A stretch of DNA of 55,285 nucleotides, taken from Candidatus Kaiserbacteria bacterium CG10_big_fil_rev_8_21_14_0_10_47_16. Lineage in GTDB: Bacteria > Patescibacteriota > Minisyncoccia > Phycocordibacterales > UBA918. The notes under the pieces were generated by a model that saw only the letters and a list, made by a program, of their open reading frames with translations, did no database searches and was not told the origin of the DNA. Shown in pieces: positions 36,441 through 46,624 of this stretch. The stretch spans positions 86,177 to 141,461 of the forward strand of contig PFBI01000006.1 in assembly GCA_002773395.1 (NCBI GenBank), read 5' to 3'. The translations under genes were made by a program, and so were the position numbers. Positions within the stretch are counted from its first letter, which is position 1. Every line of letters starts with the position of its first letter.

Positions 36441-37532
36441 TTACACCACTTTTAGTACATCGTGCACCGTAACCGCGATCATGAGGAGAATGAGAATCGC
36501 GAATCCAACCATATTCATAATTGCCACTGCCTGCGGTTTAATTGCGGAACCTTTTACCGATTCAATAATCACAAAGAGTAACCGGCCACCATCGAGTGCG
36601 GGGAATGGGAGAATATTAATGACTGCGAGGTTGAGAGAAATAAACGCAGTAAACATAAGTAAGGAGGTGAAACCGAATGCTGACGCTTCCCCTACAAGTC
36701 CAACGATACCGATAGGACCTGCAACTTGTGAGAGGTCAGCCTTCAGTTGTACCGCGTCAACAATGAGTCTTGTGAGACCTACTGTAATGTCGCGAAGCGT
36801 TGTATAAGTCAGTACCGTTCCCTCTTTCACTGCAGTCAAGAATGGGAGCGGAATAGTATCAATGAGCGCAAGGCCGACTCCGAGGATTTTCCGATCTTCA
36901 TCTTCAGGAAGGAGACCACGTTCACTCGTGAGAAGGGCCGTCTGCTCCTCATCCCCTGTACGATACGTAACCGTAATCGCTGCATCACTATGCTCTGCCG
37001 TAAACTCAGTAAATGATTCTGGAGAAAGTTCTGTAAGCGTATCCTCGCCTGATGAAACTCCTACGATTTCAGTTCCGACCGCAACACCAGCGTCTGCCGC
37101 AGGACTTTCCGGAAGTACGTTCGTAACCATGAGACGCGCCTCGTCAGTTGCTGTTTCAGGTGTGACTGCCGTCTGCACCCCAACAGTAAAGATGATAATG
37201 AAAAGCACCCACGCGAGAAGTACGTTCATCGTTACCCCTGCAAGAAGTACGACTGCCTGTATCCATCGTGGTTTTGCGGTGAAGGCTCGCGGTTCATCAG
37301 GGCTGTGTTCTGTTCCAACAGCGTCTTCACCAAATATCTTTACGTAGCCACCGATAGGAAGAAGGTTGATTGAGTACGTCGTCTCTCCCTTTGTTCGACT
37401 AAATAACCGCGGAGGAAATCCAATCGCAAATTCATCAACGCGCATCCCCGATTTTTTAGCTGCAATAAAGTGCCCGAATTCGTGTACCAGAATAAGAACA
37501 AACAATACTGCGAGAAAGAGAAGAATGCTCAT
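36441..37532 (-). CDS. rseP: RIP metalloprotease RseP
   Basis: HEFGH, GGYVKI, a PDZ domain and NILPFPALDGG. Confidence 0.94.
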   Translation of the reverse strand: MSILLFLAVLFVLILVHEFGHFIAAKKSGMRVDEFAIGFPPRLFSRTKGETTYSINLLPIGGYVKIFGEDAVGTEHSPDEPRAFTAKPRWIQAVVLLAGVTMNVLLAWVLFIIIFTVGVQTAVTPETATDEARLMVTNVLPESPAADAGVAVGTEIVGVSSGEDTLTELSPESFTEFTAEHSDAAITVTYRTGDEEQTALLTSERGLLPEDEDRKILGVGLALIDTIPLPFLTAVKEGTVLTYTTLRDITVGLTRLIVDAVQLKADLSQVAGPIGIVGLVGEASAFGFTSLLMFTAFISLNLAVINILPFPALDGGRLLFVIIESVKGSAIKPQAVAIMNMVGFAILILLMIAVTVHDVLKVV

Positions 37533-38068
37533 TGTGTGATTTCAGATTCCTTTCGCATGAGTAGATCTGCAAGCTCTGCATTCTTTGCATCTACTTTCTT
37601 TTGAAGATCTTCTTTAACGGTAAATGTTTCATCGTCACTGAGGTCTGCCGCTTCAAGCTTTTTCATTGCGTCGTCTCGAGCAGAGCGGAGTGACACCCGC
37701 GCTTCTTCAAGCTTCCCTTTTGCTTGCTTCATAAGTTGTTCACGACGTTCACCGGTCAGTTCTGGGAAAATAACACGCACACCTTTCTCGTCACTCATCA
37801 CTGAGAGTCCAAGGTTCGCATCAATAATTGCTTTTTCGACAGCCTTTACTTGGCTTGCATCCCATATTGAAACACGGAGTGTTCGAGGATCTTCTGTACC
37901 AACAGTACCGAGCTGTGCCACAGGGACACGTGCTCCATATGAGTCAACTTGTACACCATCAAGAATGGTAGGGGTCGCCCGTCCGGTTCGGATTGTTGCA
38001 AATTCTTTCTGTAGCCACGCCACAACTTCTGTAGAACGAACGTCGAATGATGAAAAATCGTATGCCAT
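37529..38068 (-). CDS. frr: Ribosome recycling factor
   Basis: IRTGRA and P.LT.ERR motifs. Confidence 0.95.
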   Translation of the reverse strand: MAYDFSSFDVRSTEVVAWLQKEFATIRTGRATPTILDGVQVDSYGARVPVAQLGTVGTEDPRTLRVSIWDASQVKAVEKAIIDANLGLSVMSDEKGVRVIFPELTGERREQLMKQAKGKLEEARVSLRSARDDAMKKLEAADLSDDETFTVKEDLQKKVDAKNAELADLLMRKESEITQ

Positions 38069-38108
38069 ATAGCCCTATAGTAGCGAGTAAATGCCGTACT
38101 GGCAACTT

Positions 38109-38705
38109 TTAGATTGAAAGTGAGAGTTGTTCAAGGAGCATTTTCTTCGAAGAACCAGGTGCCGCAAAATACTCTCGGACAAAAAGTACCTCTCGCATAA
38201 GTTCATGATTACGTTCCGTATGAGCATGTATTTCAAGACCAGTAAGGACTGATTCCATCCATGCAAAATCTTTTTCTTTAATTTTTTCTGCAATATCTGC
38301 AAGTCGCTCTGCAGGTGTACGTGCAAGAAATGTTGCCGCTTCGCGCGGCACGAGTGTATCAACGGCAGCGCCGTCAAGGAGTACGAGTCTGGACCGCACG
38401 GTCGCGAGTAAGACATCCTCGCGCGGTACCACGACATACAACTGTGTTCCCTCTGCTGGTTCCTCCAATGTTTTAAGAAGTGCGTTTTGTGCTTCACCGG
38501 TAGCAGACGTAAACGCAATAACAAACGTTCGGTACGAACGATTGAATGGTCTGAGCGACGATTCGCGACGAAGGGTGCGTGCCTCATCTATACCCAGTCG
38601 GTCAACCGACATGTGTTGCACATCTGTTCCCGGAACACGGTCATCTTCAGGAAAAAACGGAAGTACATCCGTAAGAGTCCCGATACATAAAAACGCTTGT
38701 CGCAT
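38109..38705 (-). CDS. holB: Truncated DNA polymerase III delta-prime-like protein
   Basis: EAQNALLKTLEEP and LLATVRSR clamp-loader motifs. Confidence 0.75.
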   Translation of the reverse strand: MRQAFLCIGTLTDVLPFFPEDDRVPGTDVQHMSVDRLGIDEARTLRRESSLRPFNRSYRTFVIAFTSATGEAQNALLKTLEEPAEGTQLYVVVPREDVLLATVRSRLVLLDGAAVDTLVPREAATFLARTPAERLADIAEKIKEKDFAWMESVLTGLEIHAHTERNHELMREVLFVREYFAAPGSSKKMLLEQLSLSI

Positions 38706-38740
38706 AGAGAAAATATACCGCACTGCGGAGCCTCTGGCCA

Positions 38741-40594
38741 CTAACCGTTCTCCTGACGCTTCAATACACGCCGAATGACGCGTCGTAAGTAGTTTTCAAA
38801 TGTCTCACTCGGCACATACCACATCCCCTGCTCCTGTCGCCACCCACTAATGTAATCACGCATAGAAAGAATCGCCTCTTGATCGGCACCATCCCATCGT
38901 CCTGTTGCAACCACGGACATCGGTTCATCTTTCAATTTTTGATAGAGGGAATTTTCGAGACCGGCTTTTTTGATACCAAAGATTCCTCCTCCTCGAAAGA
39001 GTTTCCATGTATTTAATATTTCACTGAGCCCTGCATCAATTTCGGGAGAATTGAGCTCCTTCTCTACAGATAGTGCATGTACTTCTAAGGTTGGGCGCTT
39101 TGGTCCACGTCGCGTCACCACACTCTGTGCTACTGCTGTTTCTGCTTCCACCTGTACCGCAGGAGTACGTTCTGGAATTGGCTCCGACTCTACTTCTTTT
39201 ATATTACTCTTCTCTTCTGCATTTATTTCTTTTTTAAGAATAGGAAGATTTTCTGGAGGGACCACAACTGGTGCCGGTAACGGTTTTGGAATAGGTTTTG
39301 GTAATTCTTCCTTTTCAACGACAGTCGGTACTTCCTGCTTTACCTGAATCTGCTGCGTTGCCAACTGTTCATGGAGAGATGGGAGTACGGAAATCTTTTT
39401 AGGTTCGGGCGGTACATCTTTCACTTCTACACGAGGTGGAATAACTACCGCAACAGGCTCCGGATCCTTCTTTGGCGAAGGTGGCGGAAGCGGGATTTCT
39501 TCTGCGACGACTTCCGGTACCTCTGGCTCTACCGGCTTTTCATCACGTACTTCTGGTTCTGGTGGTTTCGATACTTCTATCGGTACTTCAGGTACAACTA
39601 TTTCTTCTTTCGGTTCTTCTTCAACACGCTCAACAACGTCTACCTGCGGCGCAGGTTCAGGGATACTTTCAATATGTGGAGGCTCTTCGGGAATCGGTTC
39701 AGGCACAGGTTCTCCTACCTCCACAGGCTTCTCTACCGGAATTTCTTTCTCTACAACTGGTTCTGGCTTCGGTGGAGGTGGAGATGTTTTTTCCGTTCGA
39801 TGATTTTTGGCAGCATCAAGAACTTTCGGAAATAATTCTTCCAAACGTTGCATTGAAGATGAGAGTGTTCCTGGCGCGGCACCTGCGACTGCCTTCATAG
39901 CAGCGACCAGTGCCTGCATGTACTGACGTCCCACCTCGTTGGTTTCACTTAAGAGCGCAGTTGGATTTCCAATTTCTGCGTTTATCGTGTGCTTGATTTG
40001 ATCAATGCGTTCCTTGTAGTCACTAATTGTTTTCGTCTCGTCTTGTGCACGTGGTGGTGCAACCGCTTCCGGCTCTGGAGCCGGTACCACCTTGCGAATA
40101 GGAACCTCCGTATGAATAGGTAAATTTACTGGAGCTTCGTGTTGTACTTTTGGAGGTTGCGGTGGTTCTGGAGGTTCTTGCGACTGCGTTTCTTTCGGAG
40201 CAGACTCAGGTGCTGAAAATTGTGGTGAAGGGCGGCCCGAACCAAACGAAGTCCTCTGCGGAACGACCGTTTCTTTTTGAGGAACTTCCACTGCAGCGGA
40301 TTTTGCTTCTACATTTGCTTCTACAGGCGGTTCGTCTGCTTTTGGAATAGTTTTTCCAAACGTAGCGAGTGTTGCTTCAATCTGAGTCCGAAGATCTTTA
40401 TCGGTACCGCGGCTTTGCGCGTACTGCAACACCGTATCTCGAAATGCAGAGTAGGTATCAGCGTCCATTCCTGCATCACGACCCGCTTTCAAAACAGACG
40501 TAAGGCCTTGCCAACTACGTACGTCAAAGTTACCCGACCCTCGGGTGCCTGAAAGAACATGACGTTCTCTGTTACGAGCATTCGCCTCCGTCAT
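38741..40594 (-). CDS. Hypothetical protein with long Pro/Glu-rich linkers (617 aa)
   Basis: Long open frame; three apparently globular blocks separated by PE/PV-rich regions. Confidence 0.8.
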   Translation of the reverse strand: MTEANARNRERHVLSGTRGSGNFDVRSWQGLTSVLKAGRDAGMDADTYSAFRDTVLQYAQSRGTDKDLRTQIEATLATFGKTIPKADEPPVEANVEAKSAAVEVPQKETVVPQRTSFGSGRPSPQFSAPESAPKETQSQEPPEPPQPPKVQHEAPVNLPIHTEVPIRKVVPAPEPEAVAPPRAQDETKTISDYKERIDQIKHTINAEIGNPTALLSETNEVGRQYMQALVAAMKAVAGAAPGTLSSSMQRLEELFPKVLDAAKNHRTEKTSPPPPKPEPVVEKEIPVEKPVEVGEPVPEPIPEEPPHIESIPEPAPQVDVVERVEEEPKEEIVVPEVPIEVSKPPEPEVRDEKPVEPEVPEVVAEEIPLPPPSPKKDPEPVAVVIPPRVEVKDVPPEPKKISVLPSLHEQLATQQIQVKQEVPTVVEKEELPKPIPKPLPAPVVVPPENLPILKKEINAEEKSNIKEVESEPIPERTPAVQVEAETAVAQSVVTRRGPKRPTLEVHALSVEKELNSPEIDAGLSEILNTWKLFRGGGIFGIKKAGLENSLYQKLKDEPMSVVATGRWDGADQEAILSMRDYISGWRQEQGMWYVPSETFENYLRRVIRRVLKRQENG

Positions 40595-40654
40595 AATGTA
40601 ATCATTGTACCACCATCACTTTTGTAGACGGTGTTTTCAAACGTTGATAAGCGT

Positions 40655-41668
40655 CTAACGTTTCGAAGTAATCGTACGTTTGTAGGTATCGAGGTGTTCG
40701 AGTGCGACACCTGTCCCCTTCACCACACAAAAGAGTGCTTGATCCGCGAGTTTTGCTTTCACGCCCGTTCGTCTACGGATGAGTTCGGTAAAGTTGCGAA
40801 GCTGTGACGTACCACCGGTCATAATAATGCCGTGATCAATGATGTCAGATGCAATTTCTGGCGGCGTTTCCTGAAAGACATCCTTAATTGCCTTCACCAT
40901 GTCGCGAAGTTCTTTTGCGATTGCGCGAACGATTTCGTTGGTTCGTATTTCTGCCGTACGTGGTAGACCCGTTACAATATCTCGCCCCTTAATTGCCATA
41001 ACTAACTCTTCTTCTAGTGGAAGCGCCGAGCCAATGGTAATTTTTACATCTTCTGCAGTCTTTTCTCCGATTGAAAGGTTGTGATTCTTTTTTACAAAAT
41101 CGATAATCGCCGCGTCAATGCGGTTCCCTGCGCACTTCACTGAGTTGGCAGCCACAATACCGCCGAGCGAAATCACCGCAACGTCAATCGTTCCCCCGCC
41201 GCAGTCAACAATCATGTGTCCTTGCGGTTCATAGATAGGAAGGCCGGCGCCAATCGCTGCGAGAATCGGCTCCTTCACTACGTACGCACTTTTGGCGCCG
41301 GCCTTGATCGCTGCTTCCACCACCGCACGCTTCTCTGTCGAGGTGACACCCGCCGGTACTGAGATCATTACTTCAGGACGAAAAATATTCCACGAACCGA
41401 GCGCCTTCTTAAGAAAGTATCTGAGCATCGCTTCGGTCACACGGTAGTCTGCAATCACACCATCCTTCATTGGACGGTACGCGCGAATATTGTCGGGAGT
41501 GCGACCAATCATTTGTTTTGCTTCTTCTCCAACAGCGAGAATTTGGTTGTCATCTGAGACAGCAACCACCGATGGCTCATTGAGCACAATGCCGCGGCCA
41601 GGAACATACACCAGTACACTTGTGGTACCAAGATCAATACCTACCTTTGGAGAAAAGCGTTCCATCAT
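40655..41668 (-). CDS. mreB: Second MreB/Mbl actin-like protein
   Basis: GIDLGTT, PMKDGVIADY, KEPILAAIGAG and DCGGGT motifs. Confidence 0.93.
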   Translation of the reverse strand: MMERFSPKVGIDLGTTSVLVYVPGRGIVLNEPSVVAVSDDNQILAVGEEAKQMIGRTPDNIRAYRPMKDGVIADYRVTEAMLRYFLKKALGSWNIFRPEVMISVPAGVTSTEKRAVVEAAIKAGAKSAYVVKEPILAAIGAGLPIYEPQGHMIVDCGGGTIDVAVISLGGIVAANSVKCAGNRIDAAIIDFVKKNHNLSIGEKTAEDVKITIGSALPLEEELVMAIKGRDIVTGLPRTAEIRTNEIVRAIAKELRDMVKAIKDVFQETPPEIASDIIDHGIIMTGGTSQLRNFTELIRRRTGVKAKLADQALFCVVKGTGVALEHLDTYKRTITSKR

Positions 41669-41774
41669 AGTGACTCTATGGTATAGGGTTCAAGCAAAAG
41701 TGCAATGCCCGAAAAATCAGCCGCACCGCGGCAGGATTTTTCGGGCCCCATATACCCATGGTATGATGCTTTTT

Positions 41775-43082
41775 ATGAAGACAGTCAATCTTTCTATAAC
41801 TGGCGGGAAAAAGCTCAAAGGTACCGTTGTTACCAATACATCGAAGAATGGTGCGGTCGGACTTCTCTGCGCCTCACTCCTGAATAAAGGAACAACAACG
41901 CTGAAAAGCATGCCTCGCATCGAAGAGGTATACCGTATTATCGAAGTACTCGAGAGTATCGGTGTGCATGTTGTATGGAATGGTAGTGACGTTACGATAA
42001 CGGTTCCAAAAAAGATTGACCTGACAAAGATTAACGTCGATGCTGCACGAAAGACACGGAGCATCATCATGTTTATCGGACCACTCATCCACCAGATGAA
42101 GAAATTCTCACTTCCACAATCTGGAGGCTGCAAACTCGGCAGTCGTACGGTACGTCCTCACTTTTATGGACTCGAACATTTTGGTGTGGCAATCGATACG
42201 ACAGACGACGCATTCAAAATTAAAGTTGCACCACAAACACCAACCGAAATCATTCTCTATGAATCAGGCGACACCGTAACCGAGAACGTGCTCATGGCTG
42301 CAGCACTCAGCGAGGGTACGACAGTCATCAAGTACGCGTCGGCAAACTACATGGTGCAAGAGATGTGTGCCTTCCTTACCCTCTGCGGCGTCCACATTGA
42401 AGGTGTTGGCACAACAACGCTCACCGTAACAGGCGTAAAGAGTATTGATGCTGATATTACGTACACTCTCTCAGAAGATCCTACCGACAGCATGTTCTTC
42501 CTTGCTGCTGCAGTGATTACGAAGTCTGCAATTACTATCACTCGGTGTCCGATTGAATTTCTTGAACTCGAACTTTTAACGCTCACGAAGATGGGCTTTG
42601 TATACACCGCATCAAAACCGTACCTCGCTGAGAATGGAGTGACAAAACTTGTCGATATCAAAACAAAAGCATCCTCACTCACTGCACCTGAAGATAAAGT
42701 TCACTCTCGTCCATACCCAGGACTCAATGCAGACAATCTTCCATTTTTTGCAGTCATCGCGACGCAAGCCGAAGGACAAACACTCATTCATGATTGGATG
42801 TATGAGAAGCGTGCAATCTACTTTACCGAACTCGACAAACTTGGTGCAGACACTGTTCTTGCCGACCCACACCGTATTTATATAAATGGCCCAACCAAAC
42901 TCCGTCCAAACGAACTTGTGTGTCCTCCCGCACTTCGCCCTGCAACGATTCTCCTCATTGCTATGCTCGGCGCCGAGGGTCACTCAGTACTCCGCAATAT
43001 CTACTCAATCAACCGCGGCTACGAGGGCCTCGTTGAACGACTCACTGCCCTCGGCGCCGATGTCGCATACCTGAAGGATTAG
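41775..43082 (+). CDS. murA: UDP-N-acetylglucosamine 1-carboxyvinyltransferase
   Basis: SKN, GGCKLGSR (active Cys), PYPG and RGYE motifs. Confidence 0.93.
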   Translation: MKTVNLSITGGKKLKGTVVTNTSKNGAVGLLCASLLNKGTTTLKSMPRIEEVYRIIEVLESIGVHVVWNGSDVTITVPKKIDLTKINVDAARKTRSIIMFIGPLIHQMKKFSLPQSGGCKLGSRTVRPHFYGLEHFGVAIDTTDDAFKIKVAPQTPTEIILYESGDTVTENVLMAAALSEGTTVIKYASANYMVQEMCAFLTLCGVHIEGVGTTTLTVTGVKSIDADITYTLSEDPTDSMFFLAAAVITKSAITITRCPIEFLELELLTLTKMGFVYTASKPYLAENGVTKLVDIKTKASSLTAPEDKVHSRPYPGLNADNLPFFAVIATQAEGQTLIHDWMYEKRAIYFTELDKLGADTVLADPHRIYINGPTKLRPNELVCPPALRPATILLIAMLGAEGHSVLRNIYSINRGYEGLVERLTALGADVAYLKD

Positions 43083-43129
43083 GACTCTTTTTCTGTGGAT
43101 AGGCTCAATTTGCTACAATGGGTCTACAT

Positions 43130-45019
43130 ATGTTTGTTATTGAGGTTATTCCCCTAAAGCGTTCTGTTCAAATTGAATCGCTTTCGTATTTTTCGAGCGT
43201 TGCCTACACACGAGGCACCATCATCACCATTCCCGTACGCAACCAACAGATCCGCGGCGTTGTCGTCGAAACAAAGCCTGTCTCAGGAGCAAAGACTGCG
43301 CTGCGTGCTGCCACATTTTCACTCCGCAAACTTCCTGCACAAGAAAATACCGACACGCTTTCACCTATCTACATAGAAACCGCGGCTGAACTTGCGGAAT
43401 ACTACGCATGCCACATTGGTTCAATCATTTACCAACTCCTTCCGCCAGAAATACGAGACGGCAATATCCCCCTTCCCCATACGCATCACACAAACGCACA
43501 CACTGCGGTTGCTCCTGAAGTACTCCAAGGTACGTCCCCAGAACGATTCCTTGCCTACCGAGCATTGGTACGAGAAACATTCGCGCACGCAGGTTCAGTA
43601 CTCCTCGTCACCCCATCATCGGTCGAAGCGGCTGCTGCCTACGAGGAACTTTCTGCCGGTATTGAAGACCGCGTTGTCTTGCTCACCAGCACCATGACCA
43701 CAAAGTCAGCACGCGCAGCATACACGCTTCTTGATGACTTTAGTAAACCAAAGCTCATTATCGCCACTCCCGCGCACAGCGTTATCGAGCGACACGATAT
43801 TACAACCGTCATTATCGATAGCGCACGTTCCGGAAACTACCGCGAACGTGTACGACCGTACCTCGATACTCGCACTGTACTCACACTACACGCGAAAAAG
43901 AGTGGGCGTAGACTTATTTTTGCTGACCTTCTTCCCCGCACCGAAGAAGAAATCAAACGACGAGAAGACGTGTACGGAACAATAGGTGAAACTCCGAAGC
44001 GCATCATTCTCCCTGGGAAAGTTTCTATTGTAAAAATGAACGACAAGCCAGACGGTGCGACGCCTTTTAAACTGTTTTCGCCGAAGGTCCTCTCTGCCAT
44101 CGAAGCGACCTGTGCAGAGAAAGGAAAGGTCTTTCTCTTTGCGGCGCGGCGCGGCCTTTCGCCCGTTGTCGCCTGTATTGATTGCGGGCACATTTTCCGC
44201 TGTCCTGAATCCGGTGCACCATACTCACTTGTACGACTCACGATAGGTGGCGAAGAAAAACGATTCTTCGTGTGCGGTGTATCAGGAAAACGTGAACGCG
44301 CTGCAGACGTCTGCCCAGAATGTGGTGGTTGGAGACTCCGTGAGCGCGGCATCGGTATCCAACATGTCTATGACGAGCTTAGCAGTTTGCTTCCCGGTCA
44401 TCCTATTGTGATGTTTGATCACACAACAGCAAACACATTCAAGAAGGCATCGTTTCTTGCAGAGAAATTTTATAAAACAAAAGGAGCTATCTTAATCGGT
44501 ACCCCAATGGTGCTCCCCTACCTCATCAAAGGAATTACCACGAGCGTGATTGTAAATATGGACGCACTCCGCGCGACACCTACATGGCGTCAGCAAGAAG
44601 AGACGCTCGGTACCCTTCTCCATATTCGAGAACACACGACCGAAACCGTCTACATCCAAACACGAACCGATACAGACGAACTCCTCGAACAAGCGCGGAC
44701 CGGTTCTGTTGAAAAATTCTATGACGATGAAATCGCGCTTCGTGAAGGACTGCAATATCCTCCCTATGCGCACTTCATCCACCTCACGTGGCAAGGAACC
44801 CGTGACGCAGTTGAGAAAACCGAGCAACTCGTAAGTACACTGCTCGAATCATACAAACCAATGCTTTATAGCGCTCCACCATCACCCAAAGGCGCCCTCA
44901 TTCGCTACGCTCTTATTCGTGTCGGACAAAGCTCGTGGCCGAACAAAAAGATGGCAGACGCACTTCGCGCGCTTCCCCCAACGGTCCGTGTATTTATTGA
45001 TCCTGACCGGATTGTATAG
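43130..45019 (+). CDS. priA: Primosomal protein N' (degenerate helicase motifs)
   Basis: RRG..P...C..CG, CPECG, GIG, IQT, R..L.YPPY and C-terminal DP; no GSGKT. Confidence 0.85.
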   Translation: MFVIEVIPLKRSVQIESLSYFSSVAYTRGTIITIPVRNQQIRGVVVETKPVSGAKTALRAATFSLRKLPAQENTDTLSPIYIETAAELAEYYACHIGSIIYQLLPPEIRDGNIPLPHTHHTNAHTAVAPEVLQGTSPERFLAYRALVRETFAHAGSVLLVTPSSVEAAAAYEELSAGIEDRVVLLTSTMTTKSARAAYTLLDDFSKPKLIIATPAHSVIERHDITTVIIDSARSGNYRERVRPYLDTRTVLTLHAKKSGRRLIFADLLPRTEEEIKRREDVYGTIGETPKRIILPGKVSIVKMNDKPDGATPFKLFSPKVLSAIEATCAEKGKVFLFAARRGLSPVVACIDCGHIFRCPESGAPYSLVRLTIGGEEKRFFVCGVSGKRERAADVCPECGGWRLRERGIGIQHVYDELSSLLPGHPIVMFDHTTANTFKKASFLAEKFYKTKGAILIGTPMVLPYLIKGITTSVIVNMDALRATPTWRQQEETLGTLLHIREHTTETVYIQTRTDTDELLEQARTGSVEKFYDDEIALREGLQYPPYAHFIHLTWQGTRDAVEKTEQLVSTLLESYKPMLYSAPPSPKGALIRYALIRVGQSSWPNKKMADALRALPPTVRVFIDPDRIV

Positions 45020-45081
45020 ACAGCTGAAAATCACTCCGTGATTTTCAGCCCATTTTCTGCTACAGTGTTTTTATACAACTT

Positions 45082-45624
45082 ATGGCGAAACTCGTAGACC
45101 AAGATCACGTGGCGCTTCACCAGATTGCTGAGGAAGTCCCCCTTGAAGATATCGAATCACCAAAAATCAAAAAGGTGATTAAAGACATGCGCGATGCGCT
45201 CCTCTCGTATAATGCGCAGGGGTTTGTTGGCGTTGCCATAGCAGCCCCCCAAATCGGCATTCCGCTCCGTATCTTTATCGTGCATGACACGAGCAAGGAT
45301 CGTGATGCCGAACACACCATTCCTGATATTGTGGCCATCAATCCATCTATCGTGAAGCTCTCAAAAAAGAAGTCTCTGCTCGGTGAAGGTTGCCTCTCTG
45401 TTCCAAATCACTACGGCGCAGTCGAACGTGCAGCAAACGCAACCCTCCGTGCGTACGACGAACACGGTAACGAATTCGAGCGCGGCGCAGGCGGTCTTCT
45501 CGCACAGATTTTTCAACACGAATGTGACCACCTCGACGGAACACTCTTCATCGATCGAGCAGAGAAGATTTGGAGTAAAGACGACATGGAAGACCACGAA
45601 GAACGTGAGGCTGCGGTAGAATAA
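45082..45624 (+). CDS. def: Peptide deformylase
   Basis: GVAIAAPQIG, EGCLS and QHECDHLDG motifs. Confidence 0.96.
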   Translation: MAKLVDQDHVALHQIAEEVPLEDIESPKIKKVIKDMRDALLSYNAQGFVGVAIAAPQIGIPLRIFIVHDTSKDRDAEHTIPDIVAINPSIVKLSKKKSLLGEGCLSVPNHYGAVERAANATLRAYDEHGNEFERGAGGLLAQIFQHECDHLDGTLFIDRAEKIWSKDDMEDHEEREAAVE

Positions 45625-45632
45625 CACTATCT

Positions 45633-46469
45633 ATGAAATTTGCTTTTTTTGGTACGCCGTACGTTGCGCGAGATACACTCGCGATTCTTTTACAAAATGA
45701 TCTTGTACCCAAAGTAGTCATCACCAATCCCGACGCACCACGCGGGCGTGGGCACGAGCTCACTCCGTGTGAGACGAAGGTATTCGCACAAGAGAAGGGA
45801 CTTCCGGTACTCACTCCGGCAAAAATCACCCCCGAGGTTATCGACAAGATCAAGAGCCTCGGTTGCGACTACGCACTCGTCGTGGCCTACGGCAAGATTC
45901 TTCCTGAAGCACTTATTAATATATTTCCAAAAGGCGTACTCAATGTGCACTACTCATTGCTGCCAAAGTATCGCGGTGCCTCTCCCGTTGAAAGTGCACT
46001 TCTCTGTGGTGAAACAACTACCGGAGTAACGATTCAAAAGATGGTACACGAGCTTGATGCGGGAGATATTGTCGCCACAAAAGAAACCGACATTCTTCCA
46101 ACAGAAACCACCAAAGAACTCCGCCCGCGCCTCGTTACACTCGGCGCGCAGCTTCTTGTAGAAACACTTCCTGCATTTCTCTCTGGCGAAATTGTACCCG
46201 TAGCGCAAGACCACACTGCCGCAACACACTTTGGGAAGATTAAAAAAGAAGAAGGAAAACTTGATCTTTCTGCACCCGATAAAAAAAACTGGAATAAATA
46301 CCGCGCCTACGCCGAAGGCCCGGGCACATACTTTTTCACTGAAAAAGACGGCAACCGCATCCGCGTCAAAATAACGAGCGCGCACCTAACCGACTCCGAC
46401 ACCTTCGAAATCCTCCGCATCATCCCCGAAGGTAAGAAAGAAATGAACTACTCTGCGTTTACACAGTAA
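45633..46469 (+). CDS. fmt: Methionyl-tRNA formyltransferase
   Basis: FFGTP, VVAYGKIL, NVHYSLLPKYRGASP and LDAG motifs. Confidence 0.96.
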   Translation: MKFAFFGTPYVARDTLAILLQNDLVPKVVITNPDAPRGRGHELTPCETKVFAQEKGLPVLTPAKITPEVIDKIKSLGCDYALVVAYGKILPEALINIFPKGVLNVHYSLLPKYRGASPVESALLCGETTTGVTIQKMVHELDAGDIVATKETDILPTETTKELRPRLVTLGAQLLVETLPAFLSGEIVPVAQDHTAATHFGKIKKEEGKLDLSAPDKKNWNKYRAYAEGPGTYFFTEKDGNRIRVKITSAHLTDSDTFEILRIIPEGKKEMNYSAFTQ

Positions 46470-46497
46470 CCCCAAGAAATCGAGGCGGCTATTTTTC

Positions 46498-46622
46498 AAG
46501 ATCTTCTAAAAATTGATGAGATACGCGGAGCACAAGAAAAAAAACCCGAGACGTACTCTGTCGTACGATGAGGGTCTTTTTTGAAGGAGCGACAAAGTAG
46601 GTCGCTATTTTTAGAAGATCTT
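46498..46622. mobile_element. MITE/RPE-like palindromic element (125 bp)
   Basis: Perfect 16-bp terminal inverted repeats AAGATCTTCTAAAAAT/ATTTTTAGAAGATCTT; internal CGTAC..GTACG hairpin. Confidence 0.65.
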
Positions 46623-46624
46623 AT

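Noticed and set aside
41490-41774. 95-aa N-terminal extension of murA in the ORF track
   Set aside because: It overlaps mreB on the other strand; MurA similarity and a -10 box support ATG 41775
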